DNA from: Rhynchopus sp. YZ270_cl-10
Lineage: Eukaryota
DNA length: 64,000 bases
Reading direction: 5' to 3'
Assembly (NCBI GenBank): GCA_964035575.1
Contig: OZ037840.1
Coordinates: forward strand, 1,240,001-1,304,000
Part shown: piece after piece, positions 11,881 to 24,512 of the stretch
How the letters are laid out: every line of letters starts with the position of its first letter
How positions within the stretch are numbered: position 1 is the first letter of the stretch
Program-made: the position numbers and the translations under genes
The notes under the pieces: model-generated
What the model was told of the DNA's origin: nothing
The model's database searches: none
What the model saw: only the letters and a program-made list of their open reading frames with translations

Positions 11881-13809
11881 TTAGTCATTTTTCCCGTTGC
11901 CTTGTCGAAAAAAAAATTTTTGGGTCAAAAAAAAAAAGTGAAAATTTTTCACAAATTTCGATCCTACGACCACCCACAGGTGACGAAAACTCGGTTTTCC
12001 AGGGCTTTCCGCAGGGGGGACCAGGGGGGACCGCTGGTCCCCCTGGGGGAAAAATGAAAAAATAAGGGGGACCAGGGGGGACCAGCTTGCCCTTGAGGTT
12101 CTGAGGCTTCCTATTTCGTTTGGCTTGACTTTTCCAGATTTTTTACATTTTTTCGTGCCGTCCTGTCCCCGCACGTTCAAATACAGGCATAAAATACGGT
12201 TCCAGCTTCCCCTGCTCCTCTCAAAAATAAGGCAACAACGGGAGGCAACCGCGAACCCTGTGTTTGCGTCAGTTGCAGGCAAACGTCTAGCATCAGAGAC
12301 ATTTGAGGCTGTATACAAGAAGAAGGAGAAGACGTGTCAATCTCATTCAATTATGAGGGTTGGAAGACGGAGGAGATCTAAAATGATGCGTACCGTGGCT
12401 TCGCCAAAAAATTTTTTCCCCGCAAAATATGGAAGTAAAATTGACGTTTCTGACGATAATTACCAACGACAGTGCCATTTTTATGGCATCATTTTTTAGA
12501 AATGTTGCGTACCGTGGCTTCGCCTGGAACCTTTGGGTGCATGACCGCCGCTTCTTTTATAGATGTACTGAGGTTACTGATCAGAAGTCTGACACTCCCT
12601 GCGGCTTGTGGTTCACCCTCCCACCCTCGCACCTTCCACGATTTTAGCTCGGGGCCCAAATCACCCCCGTAGGGGTGATTGACGAGAGCCCTGACAACAA
12701 GGCGCGGAAAAAATTTTTTTTTCACCTTTTTTTTGGCTGGTCCCCCTGGGAGGCCAAAACCCCAAATCCTGCGGAAAGCCCTGGTTTTCGTGAAAAAAAA
12801 AAATTTTTTTTTTGGGTCAAACACGGCCTTGCCTAGCCACTTTTGGGTATAGAAAAGGCTTGTTCGGAGACGTGTATATGGTGTAACCACAGATGCTCAA
12901 AACACCCGATTTTTGCGTTTTTTTGCATTTTTCGGTGCCCCAAGACCCACCCCAGGGGGCCAAAAATTTTTCGAAAAAAAATTTTTTTTTTCACCTGAAA
13001 ATTGCCTTCAGGGTTTCCGCCAAGGGGGACCGGGGGGGACCATGGACCCCCCCAATATTTTTCCCAGAAAAATCCGGATTTTTACAGGGGTTTGGGGGGG
13101 GACCATGGTCCCCCCCAAGAAAAATGGGGTTTTGGATGTTGTAGATGACCCCCCATGGTCATGCGACCCCACCGTGCAGAGCATTTGGCTCGCTGTGCCA
13201 GAAGAAGTGGAAGAAAAAGGGGTGGTGCAATCTTTTTTAAAAAGGGTAAAAGTAGCGTACCGTGCGCCTGCGGCGCTGTGTTGCTAGCTATGTGATATTG
13301 AATAACTTCCATCGATACCGTGCATTGCCCCTTTTTCTAAGGAGGCTTCGGTGCAAGCGACGGGTAGTTATTACATGTTCCCACTGCAACACTGTAATGA
13401 CTGTAGCGCCATACAATAGAAAAAGCAAACACCATCACCCTCCACTCTCACAAGACCCCTTACCTTGTTAACTTCCACCCCCGACCTCCAAACGAACCAC
13501 CTCTACCAGACAACACAGCTGTGAAGCTTGACATGGCTGCTATCAAACCTGGTGCACCCTTCGCCTCTCCACTCTGTGGCCTGCAGGGAGGCGCGCGCGA
13601 AGCGCGCGACGACCGCTTTTGCGGGGAGGAAAAAAAAATTTGGGGGGTCTTTTTGATGGTCCCCCCCAATTCCTGAAACCCCAAATACTGGCGGAAACCC
13701 TGGCCTTGTCAAAAAAAAAAAAATTTTTTTTTTTTTTGGAAAAAAAAATGGCAAAGACAAAGGGAAAAACGGGAGAAAAGGGAAAAACGGGAAATTTGAA
13801 CACCCTCCT

Positions 13810-14530
13810 ACCAGTAAATATCAGTTTTTTTTCCAAGCTTGGAAAAGTAGATGTCGAGAAAAAAAATTTCAAAAAAAAAAAAAAAAAAATTTTTTTTTTT
13901 CGACAACTACTTTTTCAAGCCTGGAAAAAAAAATTTTTTTTTTGGGCCTGACCTTGGGACCTTGTGCACCGAAAAATTCAAAAAACGGCAAAATTTTGAT
14001 GTTTTGACCATCTGTGGGTGAATCATATGCACTGCTACAGTGGCCTATTATTGGGTGTTTTCCTTAGCAAATTCCTTCACAAAACTCATTTTTGATTTTG
14101 GCAAAGGCAAATTTCAGGCCAAAAAAAAGTCACCCCTGGTAGTAGGTCCTTGGGTGTCCAAACATGCCAAAAACACAAAAAAAATGATGTTTTGGCCTTC
14201 TGTGGGCACCTAAAACGCACTTCTCTGCCCAAAAAACGAATCATTCACATTTCAGAGGTCCTGCATGAAAATGCCCATCTGAGCCCAAATTTTCGGTTTT
14301 TTTTCAACATTTCTTCAACACAGGCCCCGCCAGGTGGTCCGAGGGTCCAAAAAAAAAATTTTGATGATGAAAATACTTTTTTCGACCAAAAATTTTTTTT
14401 CGACATCTACTTTTTCAAGCCTGGAAAAAGAACTGGTATTTTCCTACACTGGTTTTTACTCTATGACGTACCCCTACCGGTATTTTCCCAGGCTTGGAAA
14501 AGTAGATGTCGAGAAAAAAATTTCAAAAAG
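13810..14530 (+). repeat. Dispersed AT-rich repeat family (TE-derived)
   Basis: Near-identical copies at ~42090-43030 (partly tandem) and a fragment at ~18080-18165. Confidence 0.85.
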
Positions 14531-14566
14531 GAGGGTGTTCAAATTTCCCGTTTTTCCCTTCACGGT

Positions 14567-14660
14567 GGCCCTACGAACCCTATTTGGGGTACCCCGCGGG
14601 GTACCCCAAATGGGGTTCGCGCGGGGTACCCCGCGTGCGGGGTACCCCGCGCGGACCCGC
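14567..14660. repeat. GC-rich palindromic cluster (GGGGTACCCC units)
   Basis: Repeated GGGGTACCCC(G)CGGGGTACCCC palindromes directly upstream of the helicase coding segment; related sequence at ~45880-45920. Confidence 0.75.
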
Positions 14661-16444
14661 GAGGTGAGCATTGCAACACCCTGGAGGCGATCAGCGATGA
14701 GTCGGGAGATGCACTGTCCGGATCCGCTGGCACTGGCGCTGCTGTTCTGGGTGCTGTGTCCGGGAACTTGGAGGAAGTTGCTGCTGTGGATGCGGGGGTT
14801 GTGCTGGTGGACAATGTTGCTGAGGCTGCCGAAGAAGAACCTCTGCAGTCCGTCACGCAGAGAGAGGACCGGGAGCAGGGGGTGGTGAACTTGGATGCGA
14901 TGATGGCGTCGCTGAATCCGGAGCAGTCGGCGTTCGTGGAGAAGGTCAGGGGGTGGGTGCGTGACGTGCACGCGCACTGCGGTCTGCGGCGGACGAGTAC
15001 GATACCTCAGTTCCTCCACTTTCTTTCGGGGTACGGAGGTACGGGAAAGTCGTACGTGATTGGTACTGTTGTTGCACTGGTGTCTGCTTCGTTCCCGCGT
15101 CTGAGTGGCGTTGTGCAGTGTGCGGCGATAACCGGAATGGCGGCGGTAGGTATTGGTGGGACCACCCTCCACTCGCTCTTCAGCTTTCCTGTGTCGCACG
15201 CCCGGACCAAGTCGTACACGGCGCATCTCAAACCCCTGGGAGATGCAGGAAAGGCGATGTTTCTGGATAGGTTGCGTCACCTCCGTCTTCTTATCATAGA
15301 CGAGGTTTCCCTCCTGAACGCCCAACAGCTCAACTGGCTCTCCACCCGTCTCTGCGAGCTGACAGGCGTCAAGCATCGTCCCTTTGGAGGGGTTTCAATC
15401 CTCGTGTGTGGTGATCTCCTCCAGCTTCCTCCTGTTGACGGGCAACCTGTGTTCCGCGCGCCATTCTGGAGGTACTTCAGCTTGACTGAGTTGACAATCA
15501 GTCAGAGGCATCAGGACGACGAGGTGTTTGCGAATTAGTGCTTGAAGCTTCGTGTACACCACGCCACTCAGGAGGCTCTGTCCGACGCCGACTGGACGTT
15601 GCTGGAAGGACGGTGCCACCCCGCGAGCGAGCTCAGCCACACCGACCTCGCACTGTTTTCGCACTCCAATGACGTGGCCAACCGCAACCTTTTTGTGTTC
15701 AACCACCTAAAGAATGCAGGTACAGACCACGTTTTGGTGAAGGCGAAGGACTCCGTCCCCCACGGGAACAGACAGGAGCTGGATGTGTGGGCGGCGCAGG
15801 CGGGGTACAAGCACTACTCCGACACAGGAGGAGTGCCGACCTCGCTCCAGCTGGCCATTGGCATGGCTGTCATGTTGACGAACAACGTTGACAGGGAGGA
15901 CCGCCTGATGAACGGGCAGAGGGGGGTTATTGTGCGTTGGGACACAGGCGCCAATGGCAACGTGTCGACTGTGTGGATTGCGTTTGAAGACTTACGTTGT
16001 GGGCATTCTCGCAAGGTTGAAGAGAATGGCCCCGTCCCCATCTCCCCCATTAGAGTCATGTATGACGCCAAAGCAGGCTTAAAGGTGCAACGGTTCGGCT
16101 TTCCCATTGTGGGGGCTGCAGCCATTTCTATTCACAAGTCACAGGGCTTAACGCTCACTTCTGCTAGTGTGGATATTAGCAAATGTTTTGCTGCAGGCCA
16201 AGCATATGTTGCCATCTCTAGAGTTAAAAGCCTGGCATCTTTGACCCTCATTGGCGGCACTGTGGCACGCAAAGCTTTTAACTGCAATTTGGATGCGTTA
16301 CAAGAAATGGAGAGAATGAGAGCAGAGGAACCTTATTCCCTCACAGATAGTGATGTGTTTGATTTAGTTCCACACCATCCACGCGAGATGACTGATGTTG
16401 TCAACGACCCCCTTTTGCTGGGTCAATTTAACCCCAACCCCTAG
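14661..16444 (+). pseudogene. Pif1-family (SF1B) DNA helicase, probably the C-terminal part of a Helitron/Helentron RepHel; one in-frame TAG at 15536-15538
   Basis: Motifs LNPEQ, FLSGYGGTGKS, AAITGMAAVGIGGTTLHSLF, LLIIDEVS, PFGGVSILVCGDLLQLPPV, MLTNNVDREDRLMNGQRG, SIHKSQGLTL, GQAYVAISRV. The two ORFs are in the same frame, separated only by one stop. No Rep domain upstream. Confidence 0.85.
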
Positions 16445-16604
16445 ATTCTCCCCAAACCCCAATCATAGATACAATGGATACAAAAATAAAGGGGGGGGGA
16501 GAGAGAATTTTTAATTTGTTTCTTTCTATCTCTGAAAATTGTGCTGCCGGATCCTTTTCTTCCTGATGGTCATCTTCACTTATTGTTTCACTGATCCTTA
16601 TAAA

Positions 16605-17935
16605 ACGAAATGAAAACCGAAAAAAACCGAAATGTTAGGGTACCTTTTTTGGTCGATTTCGTTTTTTTTCCAAAGGGGGGACCCTTTGGTCGCCGAAATT
16701 CCCCAGCCAAATTTGGTCGCAAAATCGGCCGATTTTTCAAAAATCTCAAAAAAAAAAAAAAAATTTTTTTTTTTCACAAGTGTTTTTGAGGCCTGCTCAC
16801 TACACCCTAGGTACCCTTCTGAGACCAAAAAGTCAAAAAAAAAAAAAAAAAAAAAAAACCAAAAAATGCAAAAAAAAATGCAAAAATCGGGTGTTTTGAC
16901 CATCTGTGGTTACACAAAACACACTTCTGTGCACAAGCCTACACCAATACAGTGGTAATACAAGGCGATTTTTGACCAAAAAAAAAATTTTTTTTTCGCC
17001 CAAAATCGGGCGTGGTACGTCATAAAATGGCCCAAAAAATCCAAGGAAAACCTTCGATTGGGCAAATTATGAAAAAAATTTTCAAGTCAAATTTTCAACC
17101 AAAATACGGTCATTTTGTTCACACAGTGATTCTACGTCATGCTAGCTTCCTGTGCAGAACTCCAGCAATTCACCAATGCCGGCATCTATCTTTCCATTAT
17201 CGCCATTGCACTTCGTTCACGCCATTGCACTTCGGTCATTTTGTGCATACCCTGTGACTGTGGTGGCTAGAGAACACGCACATGCAGACCCGTTCCTTGC
17301 AATTTCCAGTGTTGTGTTTATCAATGCATGCATCCAGAGGACCTCTGGTTTACGAAATCGTAGGCACTCCTGTGCAAAAATGAAGTCGGTTTTTTGACCC
17401 AAAATCGGGGTGGGTGGGCCATAATTTGCTCCAAATTTGGCCGAAAATTGGGATTTTTCTGAAAATTTTCATTGTGCCCAGCAAAAATCCTTGATTTTTT
17501 GAAGAATTTTCCAAAAAATAAAGGGGCCCCCCGAATAAGTTCTTTATTTGGGGGGTGTTTGCTCGAAGAATAAAAGAAGTTATTTGGAATCGAAGTTATT
17601 TGGGGGGGAAGTTATTTGGGCAAACACCGTACCATAAATTTTTTTCGCCTGCGGCGCCATTATATATTGCTTTTTTTTGCTCCGCAAAAAAAAATACACA
17701 GTACCCTATCAGTTTGGGGGAAATTTTGAAAAATAAAAAAGGAAGTGGGAGGGGGCGAAGTTATTCGGTAACTTTTTCGGCACCTAAAATCTGGAAAAAA
17801 AAGAAGTTATTTGGGAAAATACCTATTATTTGGGGGGGGACTTATTCGGGGGGCCCCTTTATGCTATACCCCCTATGACTGGACCCAACTCCCCTCACCC
17901 TTTTTTTCCCCTAAAAAAGCCCCCAAAATTCCTAC
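16605..17935 (+). repeat. Dispersed ~1-kb repeat family
   Basis: Essentially identical to ~59260-59410 plus 61520-62360; partial copy at ~18270-18510. Confidence 0.9.
17521..17859. mobile_element. MITE with TA target duplication (Tc1/mariner-like)
   Basis: TIR AAGGGGCCCCCCGAATAAGT / ACTTATTCGGGGGGCCCCTT; TA on both sides; absent from the homologous copy at ~62280 (AAAAAATATGCTAT). Confidence 0.88.
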
Positions 17936-19400
17936 CATTTTTACCATTTTTACCATTTTTGACCAATTTAGGGTACCTCCAATAAAAAAATATTTTTTTC
18001 TTTTTTTTTTAAATCGATCAAGTACTTGAAGTAGACCAAAAAAAGTAAAAAAAAGTAATCAAGTACTTTGTACATCCATGTTTTTCAAGCCTGGAAAAAA
18101 AAATTTTTTTTTTGGGCCTGACCTTGGGACCTTGTGCACCGAAAAATTCAAAAAACGGCAAAAGGAGGTACCCTAACTGTTCGGTCCAATTCGGTGTAAT
18201 TCGGTCCATTTCGTTTTTTTTTTTTTTTCGCAAAGGGAAATTTCCCCTTGTACCAGAAAAACCGAAAAAAACGAAATGAAAACCGAAAAAAACCGAAATG
18301 TTAGGGTACCTTTTTTGGTCGATTTCGTTTTTTTTCCAAAGGGGGGACCCTTTGGTCGCCGAAATTCCCCAGCCAAATTTGGTCGCAAAATCGGCCGATT
18401 TTTCAAAAATCTCAAAAAAAAAAAAAATCCATATTTTTTTCACAAGTGTTTTTGAGGCCTGCTCACTACACCCTAGGCACCCTTCTGAGACCAAAAAGTC
18501 AAAAAAAGCATGAATTGGGCTGTTTTGAGCATCTAGAGTTTATTCCCCAGCCATTTTCTGTACCACCAGTGCATTTTGTATGGGCCAGCGCCTTGTCAAA
18601 AAATCGAAAAATCTCAAAAAAAAAAAAATCCAAATTTTTTTCACACGATCTGCAGCAGTTCTACTCAATATTTTTTCAAATGAGTCACCACCACGGTTCG
18701 CACGGATCGCGATCCGTCAATTGCGGTACTTTTCCGGGAAAAAACAAAAAAAAAAAGTGGGGTGCGCACGGGGGTCGCGCTACGCGCCTACCGACTACCG
18801 TAGATTTTTGACGATTTTGCTCGGTACGTTTTTCCTTACTAAAACCAGAGAATCTCATATTTCATAGTAAGAGTATTTCGGAGTGTTTTTGGACACACAT
18901 GTGACCCCACCGTGGAGAGCAATCGGCTCGCGCAATCAAAAGAAAGCAGAGAAAAGGGAAAACGAAAAAAGACAAAAGTTGGGTACCGTGCGCCTGCGGC
19001 GCTACTGTGTTCCCACTCAAAACACCACAATTTCATCTGAAGTTAGGTTTTCAAACCTGAAAATGACCCTTGTTTACGAGTATGGGTTCATATTTTGCAA
19101 AAATTTAAGTCAATAAAATTTTGTCCATTTTTCCAAAATGACCCCATCACTTTCTGCAATCGCACCGAATCGGACGATGCGATCGACAAAAACGCCCAAA
19201 AACGCACCCCACACCCCCTTTTTTTTTCGTGATCTGGGAACATGCTTGTTTTTGACCAAAGAAAAAAAATTTCTTTGCCCTAAATCGGGCGTGGTAGGTG
19301 ATACAATGGCCCAAAAAATCTGAAGAAAATCTCAGATTGACTTTTTCTGGAAAAAATTTTTCAAGTCAAAATTTCAGCCAAAAATACGGTCATGTTCACC

Positions 19401-19431
<31 letters not shown>

Positions 19432-21455
19432 CACGACGTTTTTTTTTTCACGATCAAGAAACGAAGTTGTGAGAGATTTCCGAAATTTTAGATCGTGATA
19501 AGATCTTTTACCCCCCATGTAAATATTTTGTACAGAAAAAAAAAAAAAAGTATTTTTTATTTTTTCTCTCCGTACAATTTTTGATGGAAAAATAAAAAGT
19601 ACTTTTTTTTTTTCAAGTACTTTTTTTGTGCGATAACGAATATGATAAGGTGACTAAGCACGAGAGGCTTAGGATCATCTTATAAACTTTTCTTTTTTTT
19701 TTTCCTGTACAATTTTCAGGGCTATCGGTAAGAGATATGAAATATGATCGCCTTTTTTAAAAAAAAAAAATTTTTTTTTTTTTTTTTTACCAGGCCAAAT
19801 ATGATCAGAGATGCCCCGCCAACGTGCGGAGCCGAAAGCTCGGAATGGGTTTACCAGGCCACATATGAATGGAGATGCCCCGCCAACGTGCGGAGCCGAA
19901 AGCTTGGAATGGGTTTTTGCCGCTGTACACTGTAGTATACTACCTGAACTGAGTATGTGTATATGTCCGAGCCTCGACCAACACGGACATATGCACGGGG
20001 GGGCGTAGGTATTTGGTGTTGTTCATTTACCCTACCACTTTCCGCAATCGATCCGGAAATGCAATTGGGCTCAATTTCGGGTATTTTAGGATGACGACAA
20101 AAGTGGGCGTACCCCCTTGTTTAAAGTTTAATGTACACCTTCAAAATTTTTTCCGCTCGCTACGCTCGCGGAGGTACACCTTCAATTTTTTTCCCGCTCG
20201 CTTCGCTCGCGGAAGTACACCTTAAAAAATTTCCGCTCGCTACGCTCGCAGAGGTACACCTTAAACTTTAAATTTTTGTTAACCCCTTACCCCAAGCCGT
20301 TTTTTGGACCCACTCAGAGATTACGCTCCACGTGTGGAACGTATGGAAATCCATACGTGAATTGTTTTTGAAAAGGTGGAATCCATACGTGTCCATACGT
20401 AGGTAATTTGGGTTTTGGATTGGGGCTGGGGTGGGGTAGGTGAGGGTGAGGGGTGGGGATCCGCCCCCACCTCTCACCTACCCCCTACAGAATTCTATTT
20501 GTAGGAGACATTTTTTTTTTTATCGGAAAAGGAGCATGCAGCATGGCGAAAGAAAAAAGTAGCGTACCGTGCGCCTGCGGCGCTAGATTGCAGTACACCC
20601 TTCCCGTGACATAGTAGGCGATTTTCATCGCAATTTTTAGAAATGTTGCGTACCGTGGCTTCGCCAGAAACTTTCGTTTTATCAAAATATGGAAGTAATA
20701 TTTACGGAACTAGACCATGCTAATTACCAACGAAAGTGACATTTTATGTAAAGATTTTTAAGAAATGTTGCGTACCGTGGCTTCGCCAGTGCCATGACTG
20801 ATGATTTCTCCAGTTCTTCGAACTTTCACAGCCCTTCTCAACCAAAGCGCGCGCGAAGCGCGAATTGTTTTTGCTTAGAATTGTACGTGTTGAAAATCCA
20901 TACGTACTTTTTCATTTTTGGGGGAGCTGCGTTCCCTGGACCCACTTTTGAGTTTTGGTTTTTGGGACTTTCCAACCGGTAAAGGGACCCCAGATGCAAA
21001 TTTTTGATCGTACCTGACCGCAATTGAAAGATTTTGAACACGGCTTTCAATTCCATTTTTTAAGTACCTATCCCCCCCGTGGATATGTCCGGACCCATTT
21101 TGATGTGTACATGCCCGGCACTTTCCTGAAAATTTTCCGGACATATCCACATATGAGGGGAGATGCCCCGCCAACGTGCGGGGCCGAAAGCTCGGAATGG
21201 GTTTTTGCCCGTAAACTTGGTGTGAACCGTTGTACGCGGTACAACCGCGGGAGACATACGGGCGAACCACGGGGAATTTGGAGGGGGTACCCCTTTTTAT
21301 TTTTATTTTTCCCGTTTTTTGGTGTTTACTCTCACGGTGGTAAGGGTCACACAGAGTCACGGTTCTAACCGAGCGGGGTCGCAAAATTTTCTAATGCGCT
21401 GAATTATCCCAAAAAAGTGGTTTTCTCGGGGAAAATTTTTTTTCAACCCCTACAG

Positions 21456-21980
21456 ACTGTACTGTACTGTACAGTACTGTACTGTACTGTACTGTACTGT
21501 ACTGTACTGTACTGTACTGTACTGTACTGTACTGTACTGTACTGTACTGTACTGTACTGTACTGTACTGTACTGTACTGTACTGTACTGTACTGTACTGT
21601 ACTGTACTGTACTGTACTGTACTGTACTGTACTGTACTGTACTGTACTGTACTGTACTGTACTGTACTGTACTGTACTGTACTGTACTGTACTGTACTGT
21701 ACTGTACTGTACTGTACTGTACTGTACTGTACTGTACTGTACTGTACTGTACTGTACTGTACTGTACTGTACTGTACTGTACTGTACTGTACTGTACTGT
21801 ACTGTACTGTACTGTACTGTACTGTACTGTACTGTACTGTACTGTACTGTACTGTACTGTACTGTACTGTACTGTACTGTACTGTACTGTACTGTACTGT
21901 ACTGTACTGTACTGTACTGTACTGTACTGTACTGTACTGTACTGTACTGTACTGTACTGTACTGTACTGTACTGTACTGT
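21456..21980 (+). repeat. Satellite (ACTGT)n, ~105 units
   Basis: Direct inspection of a near-perfect 5-mer array. Confidence 0.98.
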
Positions 21981-21993
21981 GTGTACTGTGTAT

Positions 21994-23063
21994 CATACAA
22001 TGCAACGAGGCCGGGTACGCCTGAAAATACTCATATCTGGAAAACATATCTGAGGCGTGCCTGAGGCGTACTCGGGATTAGTTACGTTTAAGTACGCCTC
22101 AGGCACGCCTGAGTATATATCAACGCATACTTGCGTTCCAGGCGCCTGGTGTGTATTTATTCCCCGCAAAAAGGGCCTCTGATCCATTTCCGGAGCGATC
22201 TGAAAAAAGTCCGGGGTCGGACAATTTTTTTAGCAAAAAGTGCGTGACTTTGTACCAAAAGTTTGTACCAAAAATCAGGGGAAAGTATACCCGGTTTCAT
22301 ATTTCTGCTGATATATAAAAATTATGCACAGGTCATCACGTTTCTAAGTCATGCCATGTATTTCCCCCGCCCCCTGAAATGTGCTGAAATCAACTTTCGG
22401 TGTCCTGCTGAGAAAATTGCGGGTCGCAAGATATTTTTAGTGGAAAAATATCATGGTTACTGCGTACAATAAACTGCCTCCTAAAAAGAGGCTTCGCAGA
22501 AGATGAGTCATACCTCAGGTATGTGTAAAAAAGACCTTTGGTCACCCCATAGTTGTACTAAAAATAGAGATGTGGTCTGTGGATCAAGGAGGCCTGTGTA
22601 AAATTCTGGGATCTCGATGGGATCTCTTTAGTGTTAGAGGGCCCAGCCTTGTATGAGCCTCTTCCGTCTTGCATCTAGTTGGGCCCGAAGGGACCCAGTC
22701 GAAAAGCACCCCCGAAATTTGTTTCCAATGATTCTTGAACCAATGAAATACCCGAAGGTACCACCAAAATATATATCATCAGCACCAAGGCTTAGCGAAC
22801 CCTTTTCATTTTTTCGACTCGCCCGGCCCAGAGGCACATTTTTCATCGTGCGACCCCGCATTTGAAAGATTTTGCTATGAATCGAAACCCACAAAATTTG
22901 GGGGGAAATACTTTTTTGTTCATGACAAAAATGCTGGTAAGAAATATACTCAGGCGTGCCTGAGGCGTACTTAAACGTAACTAATCCCGAGTACGCCTCA
23001 GGCACGCCTGAGTATTTATTTTCAGGCCTTGGCGAGGCCGACTCGGCCTCGTTGCATTGTATG
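21994..23063. mobile_element. Non-autonomous TIR element inserted between two satellites
   Basis: 19-bp TIR CATACAATGCAACGAGGCC / GGCCTCGTTGCATTGTATG; inverted subterminal hairpin blocks at 22052-22118 and 22945-23015; GTGTAT on both flanks. Confidence 0.8.
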
Positions 23064-23540
23064 GTGTATACTGTGTATACTGTGTATACTGTGTATACTG
23101 TGTATACTGTGTATACTGTGTATACTGTGTATACTGTGTATACTGTGTATACTGTGTATACTGTGTATACTGTGTATACTGTGTATACTGTGTACACTGT
23201 GTATACTGTGTATACTGTGTATACTGTGTATACTGTGTATACTGTGTATACTGTGTATACTGTGTATACTGTGTATACTGTGTATACTGTGTATACTGTG
23301 TACACTGTGTATACTGTGTATACTGTGTATACTGTGTATACTGTGTATACTGTGTATACTGTGTATACTGTGTATACTGTGTATACTGTGTATACTGTGT
23401 ATACTGTGTATACTGTGTATACTGTGTATACTGTGTATACTGTGTATACTGTGTATACTGTGTATACTGTGTATACTGTGTATACTGTGTATACTGTGTA
23501 TACTGTGTATACTGTGTATACTGTGTATACTGTGTATACT
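23064..23540 (+). repeat. Satellite (ACTGTGTAT)n, 9-mer
   Basis: Near-perfect 9-mer array; a short inverted variant (CAGTGTGTA)n follows at 23568-23652. Confidence 0.98.
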
Positions 23541-24512
23541 CACAATTATCGCATTAATCAATTATCGCAGTGTGTACAGTGTGTACAGTGTGTACAGTGT
23601 GTACAGTGTGTACAGTGTGTACAGTGTGTACAGTGTACAGTGTATTGTACAGTGAATTTTTTCTAGAGGTCAACAACTTGGCCATTTCTGCAAAATGACC
23701 CCACCACTTCCTGGGATTGGCTCAAAAATGCAAATGCCAGCGTTTTCCTTCACATTCCCGCAAACCCGGAAAAAAAAAATAAAACAGGGTACCCCCCAGC
23801 CTGGTGCATACCACGGGAGACATACGGGCGAACCACGGGGAATTTGGACCGGTGCCACACCAAAACTCGTGTTTTTTTTTTTTTTTTTGAAATATGATTT
23901 TGAAATATGAAATATGATATATGATGCCCCCCAAAACCCTCCGTTACACTGCGTTACACTGCGTTGTTGTCTGCAAAACAAAAATAATAGGTTCTTACAG
24001 AGCAGATCAAGACGAAACTGTACGTGTATGACGTGGGTAGCGTACTAACTAAACAAAAGATGACAGGGGGTTTTTATTATTTCAAACTTGGTCGTCTCAC
24101 GCGAGGATGAGCTCCATTATGTCAACGCTGTTTGGCCTGTCTGGGCAAATAGGTATTAGTAACGTGGGGGTCATGATAATTACCCCCATTTCGGAAGCAC
24201 ATTTTTCTTCTAGGGTTTCCCTTGAGAAACCCGCTGTTCGCTGCCTTGTTCTTCTGCTCCAAATGCCATCATCTCTCTTACCGACAACCCGGTTTATAAT
24301 CGACAAAAACTCTCTGTGCCCGTTGAACTACACTTAAAACAAGGTAGCAAAAAATAAAATCTATCACACTGACCACTTTTACGATACCCCACCCTTGCTG
24401 GAGCGACGTTTGCAAACACAAACCTAGGTACGGAGTGTGATGTCACCCAAACCACGCCCACCACAGGAGGCTCATATTCCCTCAACCCACCTGCCCACAC
24501 ACAGCCCCCAAC

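Noticed and set aside
14150..14660. N-terminal extension of the helicase ORF
   Set aside because: It is dispersed repeat DNA (copy at 42423 onward) fortuitously in frame.
15536..15538. Alternative genetic code (TAG reassigned)
   Set aside because: A single instance; the other long ORFs contain no in-frame TAG, and this helicase itself ends at TAG (16442-16444).
21391..23666. Long ORFs such as (STVQY)n, (YTV)n and (CTVLY)n; likewise 27930-29019, 40625-41434 and 45122-45679
   Set aside because: Artefacts of stop-free satellites that are open in several frames on both strands.
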